From: Betaproteobacteria bacterium HGW-Betaproteobacteria-11
GTDB taxonomy: Bacteria > Pseudomonadota > Gammaproteobacteria > Burkholderiales > Rhodocyclaceae
Direction: 5' to 3'
Assembly (NCBI GenBank): GCA_002842395.1
Contig: PHCV01000003.1
Span: 183,421-207,420 of the forward strand
Length of the DNA: 24,000 nucleotides
The notes below the pieces were generated by a model. It made no database searches and had not been told where the DNA came from. It saw nothing but the letters and a program-made list of their open reading frames with translations. Positions 15,073 to 22,697 of the stretch are shown here, piece by piece (position 1 is the stretch's first letter; each line of letters starts with the position of its first letter). A program made the translations under genes and the position numbers.

Positions 15073-15492
15073 GTTAACTCTCCTTTAGGCATGTTGAATT
15101 GATTTACCAACCTACTACTCACTACTTAGTGCTGACTTAGCAACATGTTTTTTTTGATTACACGTGAAAGGTAGCTCCCTTACCGCATCCCGGCAGCCCG
15201 CTTGTACCGGCTACCAGCCTGCGCTTTACTGCCTTACCGCCCTAACTCAAGCTCGAAAGAAAACCAATGAAAGCCAATCCGGGCGGTGCACTCTCAACCC
15301 CTGTACGTTGCCACCCTCCATTGGCGGACTATCTTTGATTCCCTTTCCCTTCAAACCACACGAAATCCTCAAAGACACTCTTTTCTATTTTTACCCCTCC
15401 TTGACAAGTCTAGTGGAATGACGACGCAAATGACTTGATCTAACGCAAACAGATGCGACAAAACGCCGCATTCAGGCAGGCCGCCGCCACAC
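15073..15492 (-). promoter_or_regulatory. 420-nt non-coding spacer upstream of the C subunit (promoter and long leader; elements unresolved)
   Basis: No credible ORF. Relatively AT-rich, with an A8 run on the minus strand (15148..15155) and the 9-nt direct repeat GCGGTAAGG twice, 54 nt apart (15178..15186 and 15232..15240 on the plus strand). I could not find a convincing -35/-10 or -24/-12 pair by eye. Confidence 0.3.
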
Positions 15493-16137
15493 TCAGCCAA
15501 CCGCCGAGGATTTGCTGCGGCGCACCACGGCGGCGCGGCGATCGGAGTACCAATACAATACGCCAACCACCACAATGATGAACAGGTATTTGCCGTAAAC
15601 GTCCAAGAGTGAAGGCTGTGGCGCCACATTGAAGGGGAAGCGCGCCTCCAGCGGTTGCTTGCCGTTATGGGCGGTGACGATACCGACGAACCGTCCCGGC
15701 TGGTCGAAGGTGTACTGGAAGCGAATCGTTCCCGAGGGGTAGATTTTCGGCGGCAGGTGGACAATAGGGTTAGTCACGGCATCTTCCACCGACCCGCTCT
15801 CCGGATAAGGGACGATGCTCACTTCAATGGGCATCTCGCGCAATTTCTGGTCAATTGCGTCGAGATTGACCAGGGTATAGCCCAGATCCGGAATATCCTG
15901 GCAAAACTCCTTGTGCCCCCCGCCATCCGTGGGATGCACATGATCCTCGTGGCGATCGGCGTGCTCATCTTCCCTCGGCTGATAGCCGGTGAATTGCATC
16001 GTGTAGGGACCGAGGAAGAGTTTGCAGATACCTTCGTCGACGCGCACAGCGCCATGCGCCCGCACCTGTAAGGGCAGCAGCAGGCCCAGCAGAAACAGGA
16101 AGAATGTGGCGGCTCGCGCCCCGAATAGCCGATCCAT
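15493..16137 (-). CDS. Secreted, C-terminally membrane-anchored protein with His-rich insertion; paralog of 11255..11854; PmoD/AmoD-like architecture
   Basis: 214 aa, SD AAGGGGTGAG. Signal peptide ending VRA, mature N-terminus HGAVRVDE. Shares CKLFLGPYTMQFTGYQP, FCQDIP, LDAIDQKLREMPIEV and EARFPFNV with the paralog. It carries an extra REDEHADRHEDHVHPTDGGGHK loop and a C-terminal TM helix YLFIIVVVGVLYWY. Confidence 0.7.
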   Translation of the reverse strand: MDRLFGARAATFFLFLLGLLLPLQVRAHGAVRVDEGICKLFLGPYTMQFTGYQPREDEHADRHEDHVHPTDGGGHKEFCQDIPDLGYTLVNLDAIDQKLREMPIEVSIVPYPESGSVEDAVTNPIVHLPPKIYPSGTIRFQYTFDQPGRFVGIVTAHNGKQPLEARFPFNVAPQPSLLDVYGKYLFIIVVVGVLYWYSDRRAAVVRRSKSSAVG

Positions 16138-16214
16138 GACTCACCCCTTGTCGTTATATAAGGAAAACATCGAATGGCATCTTACGCCAACAGGTTCCCG
16201 GTTACCATTGCCGG

Positions 16215-17747
16215 ATGAATCTGTTGCGCACGCTCGCCACCGTCTCCGGCATGACCCTACTTTCCCGCCTGCTCGGCTTCGTGCGCGACTTCGTCATCGC
16301 CCGCAGTTTTGGCGCCGGAGCGATGACCGATGCCTTCTTCGTCGCCTTCCGCCTACCCAACCTGCTGCGCCGCCTGTTCGCCGAGGGCGCTTTTTCGCAG
16401 GCCTTCGTGCCGGTACTGGCGGAGTACCGCGCGCGCTGCGGCGAGATGGCGACCCGCACCCTCATCGACCGGGTGGCGACCTGGCTGTTTCTGATCCTGG
16501 TCGTCGTCAGCGCCCTCGGCATGGTGACCGCGCCGATCCTGATCGCCGTCTTCGCTCCCGGCTTTGTGGCCGATGCCGACAAATTCCAGCTCACCGTGCA
16601 ACTGACCCGCATCACCTTTCCCTACATCCTCTTCATGTCGCTGGTGGCGCTGGCCGCCGGCATTCTGAACACCTGGAGCCGCTTTACCCTGCCGGCCTTC
16701 ACGCCGGTGCTGCTCAATCTGTCGATGATCGGCATGGCGCTGTTCGCCGCACCGTGGTTCGAGCCGCCGATTCTGGCGCTGGGCTGGGCAGTGGTGATCG
16801 GCGGCACGCTGCAACTGGGGATTCAACTACCGGCGCTGGCCCGGATCGGCCTGTTGCCGCGTTTCGACCCGGTCTGGCGCGATGCCGGCGTACGGCGCAT
16901 CCTGAAACTGATGGCGCCGGCCGTGCTTGGCGTTTCCGTCTCCCAGGTAAGCCTCTTGATCAACACCATTTTCGCCTCGTTTCTGGAAAGCGGTAGCGTC
17001 TCCTGGCTCTATTATGCCGATCGGATGATGGAATTCCCGGCCGGCCTGCTCGGCGCGGCGCTGGGCACCATTCTGCTGCCAAGTCTGGCGCGCACGCATG
17101 CCCGCGGCGAGACGACCGAATTCTCCGCCTTGCTCGACTGGGGCTTGCGCCTGACCCTGATGCTGACGCTGCCCGCCGCGCTCGCTCTGGCGCTGCTGGC
17201 GGTGCCGCTGCTGGCGACCTTGTTCCAGCATGGCGCCTTCACCGTCACCGATGTGCTGCGCACGCGTGAAGCGCTGGTCGCCTACTCGATCGGGCTCTCC
17301 GGGCTGATCCTGGTCAAGGTGCTGGCGCCCGGCTTCTATGCCCGCCAGGACATTCGCACGCCGGTGAAAATCGCCCTCGTCACCCTGGCCCTGACGCAGC
17401 TAATGAATCTGGCCTTCATCGGCTGGCTCAAGCATGCCGGGTTGGCATTGTCGATCGGGCTGGCCTCCTGCGTCAATGCCGGCCTGCTCTGGCGCGGCCT
17501 GCGCCAGCGCGGGGTCTATCTGCCACAGCCCGGCTGGGGCGGCTTTCTGTTGAAACTCGGCGTGGCGCTGGTGGTGCTCGCCGCTGTGCTCTGGTTTTTC
17601 TCCGGCGCGGATGTCCACTGGCTGGTAATGCCGGGCCGGCAACGGCTGACTCAGCTCGGCTTCCTCGTCGGCGCGGGCATGTTCAGTTACTTCGCCACGC
17701 TGGGTCTGCTCGGCTTTCGCTTGAAGGACTTTCGCCGCCGCGGCTGA
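16215..17747 (+). CDS. murJ: Lipid II flippase MurJ (MviN)
   Basis: 510 aa. Canonical N-terminus [68 protein letters not shown], with about 14 TM helices. Confidence 0.95.
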   Translation: MNLLRTLATVSGMTLLSRLLGFVRDFVIARSFGAGAMTDAFFVAFRLPNLLRRLFAEGAFSQAFVPVLAEYRARCGEMATRTLIDRVATWLFLILVVVSALGMVTAPILIAVFAPGFVADADKFQLTVQLTRITFPYILFMSLVALAAGILNTWSRFTLPAFTPVLLNLSMIGMALFAAPWFEPPILALGWAVVIGGTLQLGIQLPALARIGLLPRFDPVWRDAGVRRILKLMAPAVLGVSVSQVSLLINTIFASFLESGSVSWLYYADRMMEFPAGLLGAALGTILLPSLARTHARGETTEFSALLDWGLRLTLMLTLPAALALALLAVPLLATLFQHGAFTVTDVLRTREALVAYSIGLSGLILVKVLAPGFYARQDIRTPVKIALVTLALTQLMNLAFIGWLKHAGLALSIGLASCVNAGLLWRGLRQRGVYLPQPGWGGFLLKLGVALVVLAAVLWFFSGADVHWLVMPGRQRLTQLGFLVGAGMFSYFATLGLLGFRLKDFRRRG

Positions 17748-17844
17748 CTCCGGGTTGGCATCCGGACGAAACGTTCCCGCAGGCGACCCGCAGGTAGTGC
17801 AAAGCAAGCAAAGTCGGCGCTGGCGAGACGGCGAACACATCGGG

Positions 17845-18708
17845 TCAGCGCAACAGGAACAGCACCAACACCAGCCAGCCGAGGCTCGCCGCCAGCAGAT
17901 GCGGATCGGCGAGCAGTTCCTGCGCCGGATCACCGCCGCCACCGTGACGATGCAGCCGCCACAGGTAACGCAGCATGCCGTAGAGGACGAAGGGGACAGT
18001 GGCAATCAGCGCGTGCGTGCCATGCAGGGCCACGGTTTCGGCGCTGACGGTATAGAGCGCGTAGGAAATCACCGTGCCGGCGGCGGCGATGCCGATGAAC
18101 TGGTCGAGCATCGGCTCGGTGTAATGTTCCAGCACCCGGCGGTGTCCGGCCGAGGCGTCGAGCAGGATGTTGAGCTCGGCGCGACGCTTGGCAAAGCCGA
18201 GGAACAGCGTCAGCATCAGGCCGCAGAGCAGCAGCCAGTGCGAGGGGGCGATACCGATGCCGAGCGTGCCCGCGAGGATGCGCAGCATGAAACCGGCGGC
18301 GATGATGAAGACATCGAGGATCACCACATGCTTGAGGCCGCCGCTGTAGGCGAGATTCATCAGCACATAGACGAGATAAATCCATGGCGCGGAACCGGCA
18401 TGGAGCACGGCGAGCGTGCCGCCGGCGAACAGGCAGGCGAGCGCCAGGGTCAGCGCCGCGCTGGTACCAACGGTGCCGGAAGCCAGTGGCCGCAGGCGCT
18501 TTTTCGGGTGCACCCGATCCTGCTCGCGATCGGCCAGATCGTTCAGCACATAGACCGCCGAGGAGAGCAGGCAGAAGGCGGCAAACGCGGCCAGCGCCTG
18601 GAAGAGCAAGGCCGGATCGCGCCAGGCGTGGCCGAACAACAGGCCGACGAAGACGAAGCCGTTTTTCAGCCACTGTTGCGGCCGCAGCAGGCGAATCAGC
18701 GGCGGCAT
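17845..18708 (-). CDS. UbiA-family prenyltransferase, decaprenyl-phosphate phosphoribosyltransferase-like
   Basis: 287 aa, poly-TM. N-terminus LLRPQQWLKNGFVFVGLLF and Asp-rich motif YVLNDLADREQDRVHPKKRLRPLASG, both typical of the DPPR-synthase branch of UbiA. Confidence 0.8.
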   Translation of the reverse strand: MPPLIRLLRPQQWLKNGFVFVGLLFGHAWRDPALLFQALAAFAAFCLLSSAVYVLNDLADREQDRVHPKKRLRPLASGTVGTSAALTLALACLFAGGTLAVLHAGSAPWIYLVYVLMNLAYSGGLKHVVILDVFIIAAGFMLRILAGTLGIGIAPSHWLLLCGLMLTLFLGFAKRRAELNILLDASAGHRRVLEHYTEPMLDQFIGIAAAGTVISYALYTVSAETVALHGTHALIATVPFVLYGMLRYLWRLHRHGGGGDPAQELLADPHLLAASLGWLVLVLFLLR

Positions 18709-20228
18709 GCTTCACCCGGGAAATAGCGGTCGCAGAAATAGCACGCGGTTTGCGGCAGCCAGGCCGGCAAGGCATAGTACCTGCGCTTGGCCTCGGCCAG
18801 AATGCCGTCGCGATAGGCCGGATAGAGGAAACCTTCACCCTTCACCCGCCAGAAACGGGCGCCGCGCACGCTGAAACTGTCGATTTCGACCTGGCGGAAA
18901 TACGGCCGGTATTCGGCCGGATCGGGGACGGACTTGCGCAACACCAGGATGTTGCGGCCATCGAGCGCGCGAAAATCGGTGAGGATGTCGTCGTGCCGGG
19001 CGTGGCTCGAAGCCAGGCCGAAGACGATGAAATATTGGCGCGCATCGTAGCCCAGGGTCACCGCGTTCGAATAGCCGTCCATCGCCAGTACCCAGCCGTT
19101 GTCCCGGTAAGGCGCGAGCTCCTGCAAAATTGCCTGATGCTCGACGGTCAGCACCAGACCATCGTAGAAGCCGTACTTCTGCCAGGTTTCCAGCGGCAGG
19201 CGCGCCACCCCCATGATCGCCACCATATGCAGCAAGGCAAAGGCGATGAAGAAGCGCAGCAGCTTGCGCAGCGTCTCCGGCGCCAGGCGCAGCGCCGTCC
19301 ACAGCAGGGCGAAGGGAATGAAGGCGAGCAGCCAGTGGAGGCCGATCTGCTTGATGGGCGAAAGCGCGGCGAACAGCGCCAGCGGCACCCAGGCCAGCAC
19401 GCCGAGGGAAGCGCAGGCGGGAAAGTCGGCGCTGGCGGGACGCCGAAAACTCATCGCCGTGGCCCCCCGGCGGCGTAGCGCGAGCCAGAGCACCGGCGGC
19501 GTCAGCACATAGAGCAGGGTGACGGCGTAGAGCAGCGGCGTGCGCCACGAGAGCCCGGCATCCTCGTTGCGATTGACGAAGTTGAACATGTAGTTCGGCC
19601 AGCAATGCCCGGCATTCCACCAGGCCATCAGCGCCAGCGCCGGAAGGGTCAGCGCATAGCACAGCGCGAGGCCGGCATAGGCACGCGGCCGGCGGCGCAG
19701 CAGCACGTCGATGAGATAAGCAAATCCCAGCAGCGCGGCGAAGTATTTGGAGAGCACGGCGCCGGCCAGCAGCAGGCCGGAAATGAAATACCAGCGCAGG
19801 TCGTCATCGCGCGCCGCGCGCAACCAGGCCAGACCCGAACCCACCGCGAAATAGACCAGCGGCGTATCGGTGGTGATGAAGATGTTCCAGACATTGACCG
19901 GCGCCAAGAGGATCAGCGCCGCGATACCATAACGCTGCGCGGCGCCAAGCCGGGGTGCCAGAGCAGTCAAAGCCCAAGCCACGGCCAGTGACAGGAGCGC
20001 AGGCAGCAGAACCGCCGGCAGGCGCAGCCAGAGTTCCCGATCGCCCCAGTGGAGCAAGGCCGCCAGCCACCAGCCGATCATCGGCGGGTGATCGTAAAAA
20101 CCCCAGTCGGGCCGCCAGCCCCACCAGATGAAGTAGGCTTCGTCGCCGGTGATCGGGGTCGCTTGCGCCAGCCAGAGCCGAAAGCCGAGCGTCACCGCCA
20201 GCAGGATGGCGAACAGGCGGGCGCTCAT
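18696..20228 (-). CDS. GT-C fold glycosyltransferase (ArnT/PMT, GT39/GT83-like)
   Basis: 510 aa, poly-TM. First-loop DE motif in ITGDEAYFIWWGW, plus a soluble C-terminal domain. The 3' end overlaps the UbiA-family gene start by 13 nt. Confidence 0.8.
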   Translation of the reverse strand: MSARLFAILLAVTLGFRLWLAQATPITGDEAYFIWWGWRPDWGFYDHPPMIGWWLAALLHWGDRELWLRLPAVLLPALLSLAVAWALTALAPRLGAAQRYGIAALILLAPVNVWNIFITTDTPLVYFAVGSGLAWLRAARDDDLRWYFISGLLLAGAVLSKYFAALLGFAYLIDVLLRRRPRAYAGLALCYALTLPALALMAWWNAGHCWPNYMFNFVNRNEDAGLSWRTPLLYAVTLLYVLTPPVLWLALRRRGATAMSFRRPASADFPACASLGVLAWVPLALFAALSPIKQIGLHWLLAFIPFALLWTALRLAPETLRKLLRFFIAFALLHMVAIMGVARLPLETWQKYGFYDGLVLTVEHQAILQELAPYRDNGWVLAMDGYSNAVTLGYDARQYFIVFGLASSHARHDDILTDFRALDGRNILVLRKSVPDPAEYRPYFRQVEIDSFSVRGARFWRVKGEGFLYPAYRDGILAEAKRRYYALPAWLPQTACYFCDRYFPGEACRR

Positions 20229-21276
20229 CGCGAGGTTGCCGCACCGCGGTTGCCAGAATGTCGAGCACTGTCAGCGTGTCTTCCCAGCCGAGGCAGGCAT
20301 CGGTCACCGAAACGCCGTATTCGAGCGGCTGCCCGGCGACGATATCCTGACGCCCTTCCTTGAGATTGGATTCGACCATTACGCCGATGATCCGCGCATC
20401 GCCGCCGGCGATCTGGGCGCCGACATCGCGCGCCACGTCGACCTGCCGCTTGAACTGCTTGTTGCTGTTGGCATGCGAGAAATCGATCATCAGCCGTGCC
20501 GCGAGGCCCGACTTGCCCAGATCGGCACAGGCCGCCTCGACCGCCGGCGCGTCGTAGTTGGGCGACTTGCCACCGCGCAGGATGACATGGCAATCCTCGT
20601 TGCCGTTGGTCGACACGATCGCCGAATGGCCGGCCTTGGTCACCGAGAGGAAATGATGCGGACTGGCCGCCGACTTGATTGCATCGACGGCGATACGGAT
20701 GTTGCCGTCGGTGCCATTCTTGAAGCCGACCGGGCAGGACAGCCCCGAGGCCAGCTCGCGGTGGATCTGCGACTCGGTGGTGCGCGCGCCGATGGCGCCC
20801 CAGCTGATCAGGTCGGCCGTGTACTGCGGGGTGATGACATCGAGGAACTCGGTGCCGCAGGGCAGGCCCAGTTCGTTGATCTGCCACAACAACTGACGCG
20901 CCAAGCGCAGGCCATCGTTGATCCTGAAACTGCCATCCATCTGCGGATCGTTGATCAGCCCCTTCCAGCCGACCGTGGTGCGCGGCTTCTCGAAATACAC
21001 CCGCATCAGGAGGATCAGCTCCTCGCCGAAGCGCTCGCACTCGGCCTTGAGCTTCGCCGCATAGTCCAGCGCCGCATCGGCATCGTTGATCGAGCAGGGG
21101 CCGACCACCACCACCAGCCGGTCGTCCATGCCGTGCAGCACGCGATGCACGGCCTGCCTCGCCTGCCAAGTGGTTTCAGCGGTCTTTTCGGTGGGCGGAA
21201 ACTCGCGCAGCAGATGGGCTGGCGGCAATAGTTCCTTGATCTCGCGGATGCGAACGTCGTCGGTTACTCGGTGCAT
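19804..21276 (-). CDS. aroG: 3-deoxy-7-phosphoheptulonate (DAHP) synthase, type I-alpha, with an anomalous ~140-codon 3' extension into the next gene
   Basis: Start placed at ATG 21276 (MHRVTDDVRIREIKELLPP, which lines up with the E. coli AroG N-terminus as I recall it). Blocks VVVGPCSI, MRVYFEKPRTTVGWKGLINDP, GARTTESQIHRELASGLSCPVGFKNGTDG, IDFSHANS, TDACLGWEDT. Homology ends near codon 350 (about 20227), but the frame stays open to 19804. See the finding at 19804..20229. Confidence 0.85.
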   Translation of the reverse strand: MHRVTDDVRIREIKELLPPAHLLREFPPTEKTAETTWQARQAVHRVLHGMDDRLVVVVGPCSINDADAALDYAAKLKAECERFGEELILLMRVYFEKPRTTVGWKGLINDPQMDGSFRINDGLRLARQLLWQINELGLPCGTEFLDVITPQYTADLISWGAIGARTTESQIHRELASGLSCPVGFKNGTDGNIRIAVDAIKSAASPHHFLSVTKAGHSAIVSTNGNEDCHVILRGGKSPNYDAPAVEAACADLGKSGLAARLMIDFSHANSNKQFKRQVDVARDVGAQIAGGDARIIGVMVESNLKEGRQDIVAGQPLEYGVSVTDACLGWEDTLTVLDILATAVRQPRDERPPVRHPAGGDARLSALAGASDPDHRRRSLLHLVGLAARLGFLRSPADDRLVAGGLAPLGRSGTLAAPAGGSAACAPVTGRGLGFDCSGTPAWRRAALWYRGADPLGAGQCLEHLHHHRYAAGLFRGGFGSGLVARGAR

Positions 21277-21438
21277 GGCAGAAATACTCGTGCAAAAATG
21301 CGATTCTACCGGCTCGACAGGTTTTCGGCAGCAGTGTTCGGGCAGAACTTTCACGCATCCCAGCCACGCATCGGCTCCGATCATCAGCAGAGCCCGCGTA
21401 CGTTTCAAAACATTCCGGTCGGCAAGCCCCCGTCTGGC

Positions 21439-21957
21439 TCATCGCGTCCGGTACGCCGCATGGCAGGCGATGCACTGCCGGGTGACGTCGGCCAATGCCG
21501 CGACCGCAGGCAGAGGATCATCGCCGGGATGCAGACCGCTGGCGACGCGGGCCAGTTCGCTGGCGGCGCTGTGCATCTGAAAGCCAATGGTGCGCATGCC
21601 CTCCGGCATCAGCTGCGCCATCATCGCCGGCATGCCCGCCGCCGCGGGTGACATCGCCGGCTTGCAGACGGCGGCCATCGGTGAATTCAGTCCCAGCCGG
21701 GTATCGGCCAGTTCGGCTGCCCGCAGGTAGTCCCGTGCCGCCAAAGCGGTCTGAATCTCGCCCAGTGCCTGCAAGTGCTCGCGCATGTGCGCCAGATGAT
21801 GCTGCACCATCGGTGCGGGAAATGTCACCCACTGCCGCGGATCGCCGCCGCTGTCCGGCGCCGCATGTCCGGCAGCGAGCACGGTCACCGACACAGCGCC
21901 GAGCAGGAATGAAGAGAAAATGACGGCACAAAGGCGGCGCACACGGCATGGATTCAT
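21439..21957 (-). CDS. Class II c-type cytochrome (cytochrome c'/c556-like four-helix bundle), Met-rich
   Basis: The track ORF starts at 22020. I prefer ATG 21957 (GGAG 9 nt upstream), which gives the signal peptide MNPCRVRRLCAVIFSSFLLGAVSVTVLAAGHA. A single heme motif lies at the extreme C-terminus, CIACHAAYRTR, the class II hallmark. Confidence 0.55.
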   Translation of the reverse strand: MNPCRVRRLCAVIFSSFLLGAVSVTVLAAGHAAPDSGGDPRQWVTFPAPMVQHHLAHMREHLQALGEIQTALAARDYLRAAELADTRLGLNSPMAAVCKPAMSPAAAGMPAMMAQLMPEGMRTIGFQMHSAASELARVASGLHPGDDPLPAVAALADVTRQCIACHAAYRTR

Positions 21958-22089
21958 GGCCGACAACTCCAAGGAAATAAAATGAACGATCAGCCTATGC
22001 CTGCCACCATGCCTTGTCAAAGCAAAGCGCCGGCGACCGCCATGTGCCGTGGCATACTCAATGCCTTCTCAACCCACGGGAACTCACCC

Positions 22090-22533
22090 ATGAATCCGCA
22101 AAATGGCCATGACCTCGAAGACCTCGCTCCCGGCATGAAGGCCGAACTGGCGAAGACCATCACCGACGCCGACATCGTCCTCTTTGCCGGAGTGACGACC
22201 GACACCAATGCGATCCACCTCGACGACGAGTATGCGAAGAGCACGCCATTCGGCGGTCGCATCGCGCACGGCATGCTCTCCGCCGGACTGATTTCGGCGG
22301 TACTCGGCAGCCGCCTGCCCGGCCCCGGCACCATCTACATCAGCCAGACATTGAAGTTCCGCGCCCCGGTGCGGCCGGGCGACACCCTGCATGCCATCGT
22401 CACCGTGAAGGAAGTGCTGGCCGACAAGGGGCGCGTGCTGCTCGACACGGTGTGCACCGTGAATGGCAAGACGGTAGTCGAAGGCGAGGCGCTGATGATG
22501 CCGACCTCGCGCGCCAGGCGGGAAGCGGCCTGA
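22090..22533 (+). CDS. MaoC-family (R)-specific enoyl-CoA hydratase/dehydratase
   Basis: The track ORF starts at 21982; I prefer ATG 22090 (147 aa). Hot-dog fold motifs FAGVTTDTNAIHLDDEYAKSTPFGGRIAHGML and LKFRAPVRPGDTL. Confidence 0.8.
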   Translation: MNPQNGHDLEDLAPGMKAELAKTITDADIVLFAGVTTDTNAIHLDDEYAKSTPFGGRIAHGMLSAGLISAVLGSRLPGPGTIYISQTLKFRAPVRPGDTLHAIVTVKEVLADKGRVLLDTVCTVNGKTVVEGEALMMPTSRARREAA

Positions 22534-22577
22534 CTTTCATGATGCGCGGGCTGCGCCCCGATCATGAAAGTCAGGCC
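22527..22577. repeat. Perfect 17-bp inverted repeat (hairpin) spanning the MaoC stop codon
   Basis: GGCCTGACTTTCATGAT (22527..22543) pairs perfectly with ATCATGAAAGTCAGGCC (22561..22577), leaving a 17-nt GC-rich loop. It sits between convergent genes and could act as a terminator or REP-like element. Confidence 0.6.
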
Positions 22578-22602
22578 ATTCTCGAACACCCGCCCCCCTT
22601 CG

Positions 22603-22618
22603 CCCCCCTCGCGGGGGG
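22603..22618 (+). terminator. C6/G6 hairpin, terminator-like
   Basis: CCCCCC-TCGC-GGGGGG followed by TTCCTGGTTTG. It is preceded by a tandem CGCCCCCC (22591..22598 and 22601..22608). The T-tract is weak. Confidence 0.3.
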
Positions 22619-22697
22619 TTCCTGGTTTGCTCGCTGCGACCGAAGGAAGTGCAAAGCCGCTCGAATATCACAGGGCGCACTTGTTTTGTATTTCACG

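Noticed and set aside
15164-15421. An 85-aa plus-strand ORF and the 15369..15764 minus-strand ORF inside or overlapping the spacer upstream of the C subunit.
   Set aside because: Neither has an SD. The composition is Ser/Thr/Pro/Cys-rich without motifs. One overlaps the well-supported paralog gene out of frame. They are treated as non-coding, although a small leader peptide cannot be formally excluded.
15073-15492. Candidate sigma-70 hexamers (TTGTCA at about 15401..15396, TTGCTA at about 15143..15138 and others) and a sigma-54-like TGGC element for the monooxygenase promoter.
   Set aside because: None pairs a reasonable -35 with a reasonable -10 at 16-18 nt spacing, and the TGGC elements lack a properly spaced GC. 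Naming a promoter would be guesswork.
17748-17844. A possible terminator between the convergent murJ and UbiA-family genes (TCCGG...CCGGA, and the direct repeat CCCGCAGG twice).
   Set aside because: The stem is only 5 bp with no U-tract, and the repeated octamer is direct rather than inverted. It is too weak to call.
21277-21408. N-terminal 44-codon extension of the DAHP synthase ORF (track start 21408). N-terminal extensions of the same kind occur on the tracks for 2616..3026, 9948..10544, 13269..14150, 21439..22020, 21982..22533 and 22698..23615.
   Set aside because: Homology-consistent N-termini start at internal ATGs, most of them with better SD sequences (21276 itself has only a weak one). 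The extensions are Arg/Cys-rich, overlap upstream genes, or would bury the signal peptides.
21439-21957. The class II cytochrome c as part of an ammonia-oxidation electron chain (c554/cM552 analogue).
   Set aside because: It has a single heme with a four-helix-bundle signature, unlike the tetraheme c554/cM552. It is separated from the island by housekeeping genes, and no hao gene is present.
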